From Octopus sinensis (lineage: Eukaryota), in assembly GCF_006345805.1 (NCBI RefSeq), contig NC_043006.1, forward strand, positions 73,780,001-73,844,000: a DNA stretch of 64,000 nt, in the 5' to 3' direction. Below the pieces are notes generated by a model, which was given only the letters and a program-made list of their open reading frames with translations, did not search any database and was not told where the DNA came from. Numbering within the stretch: position 1 is the first letter of the stretch; each line of letters begins with the position of its first letter. Made by a program: the position numbers and the translations under genes. This document shows, one piece after another, positions 25,845 through 37,414 of the stretch.

Positions 25845-26620
25845 TGGTCGTCAATGTGACTTAACTGCTTCAGAGAAATCTGTTATTACCTCTGAACTCG
25901 CAAAAGGTAAATCAACACTAGAAACATGTAGAATAATTGCAAGATGTCACCAGACCGTGAGCAAGTAAGAGGATACGTAATAAAAGAGCCGACAAGGGTC
26001 AGTCGAAGGCTGTTTCTCGACGTTCTCCATCACGAATTAAGCGTGAAGTTGTAAAGGACGAAAGGTCTTACAACTGGAGAAATTCAAAGGGCATTGGCGA
26101 AATAACTGTGTCCAGAACTACCCGATGTCATCTTCTGAAAAAGGTCGGTAAAGAAGAAGGAGAAGGAGAATGAGGAGGAGAAAGAGAAGTAGGAGAAGGA
26201 GAAGGAGGAGGAGAAGGAGGTGGAGAAGAAGGAGGAGAAGAAGGAGGAGGAGAAGAAGAAGAAGAAGAAGAAGAAGAAGAAGAAGAAGAAGAAGAAGAAG
26301 GCCTTCTTTATACAAAATACACATACAAAATCGTCTGAAATGGGCAGAAGATAACATGAAAGTCGACTTTTTAAAAGTTTTGTTTACGGACTCAACTCGT
26401 GTTACTCTTGAAGAATCTAATGGTCGGAACAATGTATGGTTTGTATATGGACGTGATCGTCATCAACGCTTGAGGCGCCAGCAAGGGGGAAGAGGCATAC
26501 TGATTTGGGAAGTTATTATTGGAGATATCACAGATGGGTCTTGGAAAGTGCCGGACGGTGTTAAAATGACTGCCGACGCTTGCATAGCCTTTCTGGGGGA
26601 GCACCTTGCTCCTCGAGATT
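25845..26620 (+). mobile_element. Tc1-like transposase pseudogene fragment with internal purine-repeat expansion
   Basis: DLTASEKSVI (HTH start), VSRTTRCHLLKKVGK, NRLKWAEDNMKVDFLKVLFTD, RLRRQQGGRGILIW; truncated before the second catalytic Asp. Confidence 0.87.
26150..26300 (+). repeat. (GGA/GAA)n trinucleotide tract
   Basis: Mixed GGA/AGA 5' half, pure (GAA)n 3' half. Confidence 0.97.
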
Positions 26621-27186
26621 AACAAAAAAAAAAAAAAAAGGATATATCCAGGGATTTCTGCAGCATATACTTTTAGAATGTCTGTGCTATTGGGTAGGCA
26701 AAAGATAAAACTTTTCCCTAACTAACGAAAGCAATATCTATCCAAATAATGAATTAGTCAGGTAGATCATGATTGATCTAACATTTAAGGTAATACTTTT
26801 AATAAATTAAGCGTTGTTTAGTTTTCCATGTTAAGTAAAGTAGTAACGAGATATGTGAGAGTTCGGTTGCAGAAGATACATTTCATACTGCGTGCATTAT
26901 ATCTTCTTCAGGTCATGTCCACACACAAATAAACATTTATATAGAGACTAAGTAATTTTAATATTTCTATTATTTATATATATAGAATATATATATATAA
27001 TATATATATATGATGCACGTATACCATACGCTAGATACATACACAAATACATGTCTAATACATACCAATATGCATACACAACATACATAAATATCTATTT
27101 AAAAAATAAGCATACATATGCGTATATACATATATTTATAATATATATGCATGTATATATGCCTATATATATGTATATGTATGTAA

Positions 27187-27229
<43 letters not shown>

Positions 27230-27422
27230 TGTCTGTGAGTGTGTATGTATATATATATATATATTTAGGAGTATATACATTTATAGCTATATACGCACAC
27301 ATCTGCATAAATGCAAGTATCTATAGGCATGTGCATATATCTATACGCATGTAAATATATATTTACGTATATATGAATATATTCATATATCTGTATTCAT
27401 ATATATATTCTTTCACTCGTTT

Positions 27423-27930
27423 ATACTTTCACTTGATAGACTCATTTGACTGTGGCCATGCCGGTCTCCCACCTTAAAAGGTTTTAGTCGAAGAAATCAA
27501 CCCCAGGACTTATTCTTTGTAAGTTTAGTACTTATTCTATCGTTCTCTTTTGTTGAACTGCTAAGTTACGGAGAAATAAAAACACCAGCATTGGTTGTCA
27601 AGCGATGGTAGAGGGACACGCGAACACACACACACACACGCACGCACGCACGCACACACACACACACGCGCACGCTCGCACACATACGCACGCACGCTCG
27701 CACACACATACGCACACACATACACACACACATACACACAAACAAGCACAGACACACATATATATATACACATATAGACGACAGGCTTCTTTCGGTTTCC
27801 GTCTACCAAACCCACTCACACGGCTTTGGTTGGCCCAAGCCTGTAGCAGAAGTCACTTGCCCAAGGTACCACCCAATGGGACTCAACCCACTGGGTGACA
27901 CCTTCTTACCACACAGCCACGCCTGTGCCT
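27423..27930 (-). mobile_element. SINE family A with expanded central (CA/CG)n tract
   Basis: Tail at ~27423-27610, head at ~27778-27930, separated by ~165 bp of microsatellite. Confidence 0.88.
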
Positions 27931-27989
27931 GCACACAACCACGCCTTGTGCATCACAATCTCTATCTATCAAACAATCCATGCAGAAGT

Positions 27990-28052
27990 TATTCTAGAAG
28001 TGATATTGTTATATATGTATACACACATACGCACACACAAACACACACACAC

Positions 28053-28091
<39 letters not shown>

Positions 28092-28115
28092 CCTATATGT
28101 ATATATATGTATGTA

Positions 28116-28160
<45 letters not shown>

Positions 28161-28309
28161 ACATATATATATATATATGTATGCATATATATATATATAT
28201 GTATGCATACATATGTATATATATGTATGCATTATATATATATATGTATGCATACATATGTATATATATATATTATATATAATATAATATATATATATAT
28301 ATATATGTA

Positions 28310-28349
<40 letters not shown>

Positions 28350-28400
28350 GTATGCTACATATATATACATATATATATATATATATGTATGCATACACAC

Positions 28401-28440
<40 letters not shown>

Positions 28441-28941
28441 TGCATACATATGTATGTATATATATATGTATGCATATATATATGCATATATGTACAAATA
28501 TACATATATATGTACATATATATATATACATATACATGTATGTATATATATATGTATATATGTACAAATATATATATATATGTGTGTGTGTGTATATACA
28601 TGTGTGTGAGTGTGTATCCGTGTCGTGTTTGCGTGTGTATGTGTGTGTGCACGTGTATGTGTGTGTATCTATGTATTTGTCACTTTTCCTCTCTGCTTCT
28701 CTCCTCCAGTATGTCAGTCAGTGAGCCTTTTTGTATGTATGTTTCTCTCTCTCTCTCTCTCGCTATCTCTCTCCCTCTCGTTCCCCTCTCCATATCTCTC
28801 AATATACACATATACATACCTGTATACACATACACAAAGAAAGACACATATACATGCATATTTATATATGCATATATATATAATATATATGTATATGTAT
28901 ATATATATATTTTATATTTATATGTATATATATATATATAT

Positions 28942-28993
<52 letters not shown>

Positions 28994-29010
28994 ATATATA
29001 TATATATATA
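27990..29010. repeat. Long degenerate (TA)n/(TATG)n/(TG)n array
   Basis: Directly visible; source of many spurious ORFs. Confidence 0.95.
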
Positions 29011-30109
29011 AACACGCATACCAAAATATGAATAATCATACGTGTGTACACTTTCACATACACACGACATCTCTCCAGCGTAAACATGTCTCCGCAATTA
29101 TCACATCACCATCACGTAGAATCCATACTTGCAAACACACACTCACACACACACACACACGAGTGCGCGCACTCACACACTGAGATATGAATTCATTCAA
29201 TTATATTTACACTTTTCGTTGACATAGAAATCCGCTGCAGGACTCTCACTTCCATTTATTACAAAGAATGAATAATTTATCATGTGGAAAATCAGGATAT
29301 AAATTGAACAAATCTCAAGGTTGATTCATATCCAAATAAATCACATATCTCCTGAAGCAAATATTTCACAGAAATCTCTGTTAATAATAGGTTAACACAA
29401 TGCATACTGGCTAAGTTAGTATTCTGTTATAGTTTATCATAATTGACAATATACATTGATAAATAGACGCTAAATCGGGTACAAAGAGGATAAATGATCC
29501 AAAGAGTTAAAGAAGGAAGGGAAGATGTATCTGTCTGTTTGTATAATTGAGACAATTTGACAAACGTTAAACGATACTGGCTAAAGTATGGGCTAGCATA
29601 CTTAATGTGGTAAGCGCGATATCTTTAATTAATAGGGACTATATCTATTAAATTAAACAAGGCTTAACAGAGCGAAGTGAAGGCTAGAAAGATAACTGAA
29701 AATGGAAAGCAAAATTCTATTATAAGATATCGGAACTCTGTAAAACTTGAGTCAACATTTGGCAGCAATACGAAAGTCCCAATGAGCCGTCTCGATTTTG
29801 GAAAACAAAATCAAGCGGCAATTGTTGGCTAATCTCAAATAAAAGGAAAATGATTTCAAAATATCAAGAATATATATCCCAAGGTTATTTTTCACGCTTA
29901 ACAGGATTAAACAAATACAGTGCTACAGTGAACGTGCTGTGAGGAGTAGAATATCCAATCCGGACTGCTCGAAGCTTACTAAGTTGCTACGCTTTGATCC
30001 TTAGATTTTACCTACATATATATGTGTATGCATGTGTGTGTGTGTTTCCGCGCGCGTGTGTGTTTGTGTGAATTTAGACATAGCACATATATGTATGTAA
30101 AAATGTGCA

Positions 30110-30491
30110 GGCGCAAGAGTGGCTATGTGGTAAGAAGCTTGCTTACCAACCATATCGTTCCACGTTCAGTCCCACTGCGTCGCACCTTGGGCAAGTGTCA
30201 TCTACTATAGCCTCAGGCCATCCAAAGCCTTGTGAGTGGATTTGGTAGACGGAAACTGAAAGAAGCCTGTCATATATATGTATATAAATGTATGTATGTG
30301 TATGTTTGTGTGTCTGTTTGTCTCTCCAACATCGCTTGACAACCGATGCTGCTGTGTTTACGTCCCCGTAACTTAGACCGGTAGAATATATACTAGGCTT
30401 ACAAAGAATAAGTCCTGGAGTCGATTTGTTCGACTAAAGGCGGTGCTCCAGCATGGCCGCAGTCAAATGATTGAAACAAGTAAAAGTAAAA
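30110..30491 (+). mobile_element. SINE family A, full length
   Basis: Head GGCGCAAGAGTGGCTATGTGGTAAG to tail GTCAAATGATTGAAACAAGTAAAAG. Confidence 0.92.
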
Positions 30492-30588
30492 ACGAATGTA
30501 TAGGTATGTATATGCACATAAATAAACATACATGCATGCATGCATACATACATACATATATACACATACATATATGCATGCTTACATA

Positions 30589-30922
30589 TTGGGTCATCCC
30601 ATAATTTATGCCGTATTTTTATGCTGCTTTTACATTTCAAGATAAGTAAACGAAGTACTTTCTTAGTCTAAAATATACCCTCTCTCTCTCTCTCATTTTC
30701 TACAATACTCTTCCATCTATGTGGTCGACTTGCAAGGCCTGTCTTTCAAAATCCACTTATCCATGACTAAAAATACTCCTCCAGTACTGCTCTGACTTCG
30801 TCTACAGAATTCGTATTTTTTCCGTCCAAATAATGTTGAAGGCTGAGGAGTAAAGGGTAATCAGATGTGCCAACATCCAGCGAATATGGTGGGTGGGGTA
30901 TATAACTTATGGGATGACCCAA
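30589..30922 (-). mobile_element. Internally deleted mariner (MITE-sized), both TIRs and TA TSD
   Basis: TA-TTGGGTCATCCCATAA...TTATGGGATGACCCAA-TA (21-bp TIR, 1 mismatch); minus strand encodes HPPYSLDVGTSDYPLLLSLQHYLDGK. Confidence 0.92.
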
Positions 30923-31334
30923 TACATATTTATGCATGAATATACCCAAATGTTCACATACACGAACATTTGATAAAGAACAACTGCGTTCGAAATGTTC
31001 ACCGAAAAGAAATTTCATGAATTGTAGTATGTATTTTTCAAAACGCATATAATAGCGATTTCGCTCGTAGTCAATAGTTTTCAAACATAAACTTCACTCA
31101 GTTATTTTAACCTTACAAATAAATGTAATAAACTACTGTTTTGTTATCGAAATTTCTGAAAAGAGTGCATTAATTATCGGTTGATGTGTCTGGAAAGAAT
31201 GCTGTATAATTATGAACTGAGTTATACAATGTGAGTCCGGTGCATTTTTTGAAACATGTATAGTACATAATTATCTATTTTAATCTTTTCATTCACAGAA
31301 AACATATATATAACATATTTAATTTGTTTCTCCA

Positions 31335-31588
31335 CATGATTGCCTATACATACATACATACATATTAGAAGGTTTGGAGATGATGTTTTATAAAAACATG
31401 TGACATATTAATAAATATCTGTAAATATAGAACTATCCAGATTTCTGAGTACCTTATTTCTTCTAATATATAATACCTGTACATCATCTCCAAACCTTCT
31501 AGTATGTATGTATGTATGTATGTATGTATGTATGTATGTATGTATGTATGTATGTATGTATGTATGTATGTATGTATAGGCAATCATG
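31335..31588. repeat. Small inverted duplication (31335-31385 / 31482-31588) with unequal (TACA)n in the arms
   Basis: CATGATTGCCTA(TACA)n...TAGAAGGTTTGGAGATGATG versus CATCATCTCCAAACCTTCTA(GTAT)n...TAGGCAATCATG. Confidence 0.9.
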
Positions 31589-32224
31589 CGGATAAACAAA
31601 TTAAATATGACAAGTAATATGTTTTCTGTGAATGAAAAGATTAAAATAGATAGTTATGTACTATCTATTAGTTGCGTACTTTCGTCCACTATATATATAT
31701 ATATATATATAATATGTATGGTGTGCAATTCCGTGGTGATAAGATCAAGCGAAAAGTGTACACCGTCTGGTTAGAGCTAAATATTACTCAACAAACTTAA
31801 CGTGTTTTTGTGTGCTACTATTAGTTTTATATACTGAGAGTATTTTGTACTTGTTTTAGTTATTGGATTGCATGTGAAGACTCTTAGTCGCCATTTGAAT
31901 GTGAAGCTCTGTAACAGATTTCCATTAATTAGAACTAGAACTTCAGTTAATGTTATCGGCAATGCCTACTAATGAAGAGAACACTTTTTTAGATTAAATA
32001 TAAATCTGAGCTTAGTATACGGTTATTAAATAAATAATGATTATGCATGTTCGACACAGCTCGTTTTGGAATACCAAAGAAAAATTTTATAGTATTCAAG
32101 CTATAGTTCTTGATGACCTTGAAAGACCTCCACGTGTGAAAAGGACATGGAGAACCGGATCGGGGCGGCCCACTCCGCCTTCGGCAGACTCAGCCAACGT
32201 GTATTATAAGAACCAAAGCATTTT

Positions 32225-32440
32225 ATGTCCATCAGGTTTTTTTTAAAATCTTGTTAAATAACCACTTGGCACAGATCAAACGGTTTTCCTGGGCCTTGCA
32301 GTAATCGTTGGCCTTTCCTCAGTACATACGACTTGAATCGAACGTACTCCTGCACCGCAGATCTGCTAACCTAAAGTCCTTCGGCAACAACCTTCACCGA
32401 TCTTTCCGGGTTCATTTTCGATAATGTTCAACATCATCGA
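32225..32440 (-). mobile_element. Possible Tc1/mariner (maT-like) transposase N-terminal remnant
   Basis: Minus strand VSRSAVQEYVRFKSYVLRKGQ...KPDGHKMLW resembles the HTH-to-DDD linker of such transposases (by recall). Confidence 0.45.
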
Positions 32441-33103
32441 TGAATTACAGTGTACTTATAACAATCGAATATTTAGAATATCTTTATCTCTTTGTTACAG
32501 TGAAATATTTCAGCCTCAAGGTTTCTATTCCATCCGAAATTTGTTTAAAAACAGATCTTTCTCCTGTTACAATGTTGGCTTCGGAATCCCTATGTTCTGC
32601 ATATGGGACAGCGATAACTGTATTTCTTTACGTTTCTGGTATTAGCATTTTATCTGCCATAGGGGATGTAATAAAATATAAAGCTCTTAATTGGTTTTAA
32701 GAGAGTAATATACTGATAATTGAAGGTCCTCAAATACCCTTCGCACCTATATGAATCAGATGTACAGAATACAGAGGGAAAGTGAAAAAAATATATACTG
32801 ATATAGATCTTGAATAATTTAATACACCTTTATGACTCGTAACATATCTGAAATTGGTGTGCCATGTAAAACTCAGAGTAGCACTGATTAACTAGAAGAA
32901 AGTAGCACACGCATACATACACATACATAAGTGCATACATGCACGCTCACACACACGCTCACACACGTTTACACACACTCTCTCACACACTCACACACAC
33001 GTTTACACACACTCTCTCACACTCACACACACGCACATATGTAGGAATTATGCAATGAGTTTCAAGCAGTAAATACATTTAAATAAAACTAATTTATATT
33101 GGT

Positions 33104-33413
33104 GGAGGCACATGGTCTAGTGTTTAGAGCAGCGGACTCGCGGTCGAGGGATTGCGGGTTCGAATCTCAGACCGGGCAATGTGTGTGTTTATGAGCGAAA
33201 CACCTAAGCTCTACGCGGCTCCGGCAGAAGGTAATGGCGAACATCTGCTGACTCTTTTGCCACAACTTTCTCTCACTCTTTCCTCCTGCATCTTGTAGCT
33301 CACCTGCGACGGACCGGTGTCCCGTCCAAGTGGGGAGCCTATACGCCAAAGGAAACTGGGAAACCGGCCCTTATGAGCCAGGCGTAGCTCGAAACGGAAC
33401 AAACAACAACAAC
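33104..33413 (+). mobile_element. tRNA-derived SINE family C, tail type 1 (Meta-domain-like)
   Basis: Box A/B head; body CACCTGCGACGGACCGGTGTCCCGTCCAAG...GAAACTGGGAAACCGGCCC resembles the MetaSINE core; (AAC)n tail. Confidence 0.85.
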
Positions 33414-33441
33414 ACTTTATATTGATATTTATGTGATAGAC

Positions 33442-33800
33442 AAGGCGGTGAGCTGGCTGAATAGTTAGCATGCTGGATAAAATGCTTAGCGACATTTCTT
33501 AAGGTTTAACATTTCGAGTTCCAATTCCGCCGAATTCCACATTGCCTTTCATCCTTACAGCGACGGTAAGGCGGCGAGCTGGCAGAAACGGTAGCACGCC
33601 AGGCGAAATGCGTAGCCGTATTTCGTCTGCCGCTACGCTCTGAGTTCAAGTTCCGCCGAGGTCGACTTTTGCCTTTCATTCTTTCGGGTTCGATTAAATA
33701 AGTACCAGTTACGCACTGGGTCGATATAATCGACTTAATCCCTTTGTCTGTCCTTGTTTGTCCTCTCTGTGTTTAGCCCCTTGTGGGTAGTAAAGAAATA
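33442..33800 (+). mobile_element. Two tandem SINE family B copies (partial 33442-33558; full 33568-33800)
   Basis: AAGGCGG(T/C)GAGCTGGC.GAA head twice; the second continues to TTAGCCCCTTGTGGGTAGTAAAGAAATA. Confidence 0.88.
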
Positions 33801-34336
33801 GGTAAAATAAATAGCTGTGGAGCACTTGAGCGACGTAATCAACTATCCCCCTTGCCTAAAATTTCGTTCCTTGTACCGGTAGTAGAAAAGCCCAGAAAGG
33901 AGCAGACATTCCGATACATTTTAGCGTATTTACAATTGAAATATGTAAGGGGATCGGTCGATCGTCTGCCATTAGCCATGTGATGATAATCACTCAAGGA
34001 CGGGGAAAAAACAAGTTTTTCTTCATAATTTTTATACGATGAAAATGTTTTTTTTTTTTTAAAGCGTCATTATGTACATTACGTGACTGTTTGGTATTCA
34101 GTATTTTGCTTATACAAAATATTTCCACGAATGTTTTGATTTGGTATAAACACATACATAAACAACATAAACACACACACGTACACACACGCACATAGAC
34201 ATACACACACACACACACACACGTACGCACAAACACAATGCTTACACACATGCAAGCATACATATATAAGCACAATTTGTATATATGTATATATATATAT
34301 ATGTGTGTGTGTATATGTATATATGCAGATATATAT

Positions 34337-34386
<50 letters not shown>

Positions 34387-34462
34387 CACATGCATACATA
34401 CGCATATATAAATACATGTATATATAATATACACACATATATATTTGTAATATATGAATATA

Positions 34463-34858
34463 GGCACACGAATTGCTGTGTGGTAAGTAGCTTGCTTACG
34501 AACCATATGGTTCCGGGTTCAGTCCCACTGCATGTCACCTTGGGCAACTGTCTTCTACTATAGCCTCGGGCCGACCAAAGCCTTGTGAGTGGATTTGGTA
34601 GACGGAAACTGAAAGAAGTCCGTCGTATGTATATATGTATTTGTGTGTATGTGTTTGTGTGTCTGTGTTTGTCCCCCCAACATCGCTGACAACCGATGCT
34701 GGTGTGGTTGCGTCCCCGTAATTTAGCGGTTCGGTAACAGAGACCGATGGGATAAGTACTAGGTTTGTAAAGAATAAGTCCTGGGGTCGATTTGCTCGAC
34801 TAAGGGCGGTGCTCCAGCATGACCGCAGTCAAATGACTGAAACAAGTAAAAGAGTAAA
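34463..34858 (+). mobile_element. SINE family A, full length
   Basis: Head, central microsatellite and tail all present. Confidence 0.92.
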
Positions 34859-35019
34859 TATACATGTAGAAATGAATGTATATACATATATGCGTGTATA
34901 TATATATAAATAAAGTTAATCCAAACACGAAAACACTTCTACAATAGCCCGAGGCTATAGTAGAAGTGTATGTATGTATATATATATATATATAATATAT
35001 ATATATATATGCACATACA

Positions 35020-35572
35020 CACATGGTGGCTGCCCCCTCGTTATCGAGTATGGCCATTGCATGAAGCTTAATGTTGTTATCGTGCAATGTCTGCGCAAGA
35101 AAATTTTTTTAAGTGAGGAAAGGCTGTGCACTGAGTCAATCCCACTCACTAAACAACAGCAGTCAGTATCCGAAAAGAAGAACAAGTCAACATCATCGGC
35201 AACCACTGAGCCGCAGATTTTATGTCGAAGTTATCCCAGTTACCTGAGTTACCTTCTCCTAGAAGGATGCCCTAACAAAGGCTAGGAATCGTTCACTCCC
35301 AATGGTTTAACCGCGCGATTGGGTATTCAGTCCGATTATTTCTATGTCCCCGCGCATGATACAGCCTTAAGACATGTATTGGATGGCCGTTGACTCTCAA
35401 GAGTTCCTCCGCCCTTTGACGGGTTTTGTTTTTCATCCCGCAGGGTGTCCAATAAACATCCTCCTCACCAAGCAAGCTTGGTGGGGTTGCCGGTTTAGTC
35501 ACCGACGACCCGACCATGCAACAGGTTGTACTGGGTTACATGTTACCAGTAGCACTCAAAAGTGACCGGACA
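35020..35572 (-). mobile_element. Probable RTE-clade LINE 5'-UTR fragment
   Basis: GC-richer non-coding block; minus strand CTAGCCTTTGTTAGGGCATCCTTCTAGGAGAAGGTAACTC resembles RTE 5'-UTR motifs (by recall only). Confidence 0.45.
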
Positions 35573-35959
35573 TAATATATATACATACATACATACATAC
35601 ATACACACACATACCTATGTATGTACATACACCCAAACAAACAGGGACTACATAATTATGATTTTATATGGTTGTGTGTGTATGTGTAGCTATTGGCGAT
35701 CGTAGAACGTGACACAAGTCACGAGAAGTAGTCTATATTTAGGAATCTCTATGTACTTACTTTCATTTTTGCAGCTGCCTGTTCACACGGACATACGAGA
35801 TTTCACTGCAGAAATGGTTGCCCTATGAATATTTGTAATTGAGTTCATAAAAGCACTGATATACAATTACATATATACATTCATATTATAAATCATTACA
35901 TAGCATATCTATATATCTATATCTATTTCTCTCTGTGTAAGTATGCATGTACGTACGTA

Positions 35960-36317
<358 letters not shown>

Positions 36318-37414
36318 TTGTCTGTCTGGCACCGCGAGTGTCGCGTTGCTCTCAAGCAACTCTGCCGTCCTGGGTCGACCTTGAGTGACTTCAACACAAC
36401 CAAAGCATTCTATAGGGGTTTAGTGGAGGGAAGGTACGATGACGAGCTCGGGGCGAATCTGGACGTCGACGAGGAGTACCTGACCCGCCTGTTCAGGACG
36501 ACTTTCGGGCCAGGGCCCATGGACAACTTCCAGAGATCCCTGGCCTGGCAGTGCTACCGAGAAGCGCTACCCGTTCGGGATAAGCTCTACAGACACGGCT
36601 CGAGAAATACGGGGCCGACCTGCCCGAGATGCGGTCAGAGCGACGAAACCGTTCTGCACGCACTCGTGCAGTGTCCAACAATTTCCGACCTGTGGGCTTA
36701 TGTCGAACAACTGCTGTCACGTGTGGGACGAGTCGGTTTATCAGCTGAGTCTATCGTCAATATTGTCACGCCTCCTTCCTTCAAACGGGAAGGAAGAGCT
36801 ATTTTCATCATCCTTGTGGCTATGGCGAAAGAATGTATCTGGTGGACGCGTCTGAAAGGATTGGGGACAAACACTTTCTCTCTGGTCAACTCTCTCATCA
36901 ACTTCTTCAAGTACCACTTGAAAAGGAAAGTGAAAGTAGAGAGGCAAGTTTTGTCTAGCGAATGTTTTAAAAAAAGATGGGTGAATGTAGCAAGAATGGC
37001 ACGTATGAATGACGAAGCCACCTTGAGCATGATCCTATGAACCAGCAGAATTGAAAACAGAGAGTTGCTTATTCGCAAAAAAAAAAAAAAAGAAATATAA
37101 CATGTGACTCCATTGACCGAGGTTACCGTGGTCTTTTCCGTAGGCTTTTCTTTCACGGGTAAACCTCACCTGTCCTCCCCTTTACACTTCATATTGACAT
37201 TTCTGTGATAACGATCCCTATTGATCAAATTTTTTTTTTTTCCTCACCCCCTTTTTTTTTAACCCCCCTTTTTTGTCCTCTTTCTCTCCTTTTACGATCC
37301 CTTTTGATCGAAACTCCCCCTTCCTTTTTTTTTTTCTTAAAACCTTCAAAAGAAAAGCTCTACCTTGTAATTTGTTCTATCTGTGTGCAGCCCTGTGTGG
37401 CTAATAAAGAAACT
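36318..37414 (+). mobile_element. 5'-truncated L1/Tx1-clade LINE: uninterrupted ORF2 C-terminus (zf-RVT) plus 3' UTR
   Basis: 240-codon open frame 36318-37040 with CPRCGQSDETVLHALVQC (C-X2-C-X8-H-X4-C); T-rich 3' UTR ending AATAAAGAAACT before (TATC). Confidence 0.9.

Noticed and set aside
26170-26622. Poly-arginine (protamine-like) protein
   Set aside because: The Arg run is the GAA/GGA microsatellite read in frame with a Tc1 relic.
26870-26915. Minus-strand CUGAAGA...GAAAUGUA hammerhead-like string (similarly ~44130-44165)
   Set aside because: Stem I cannot be formed and stem II is weak; too degenerate to distinguish from chance.
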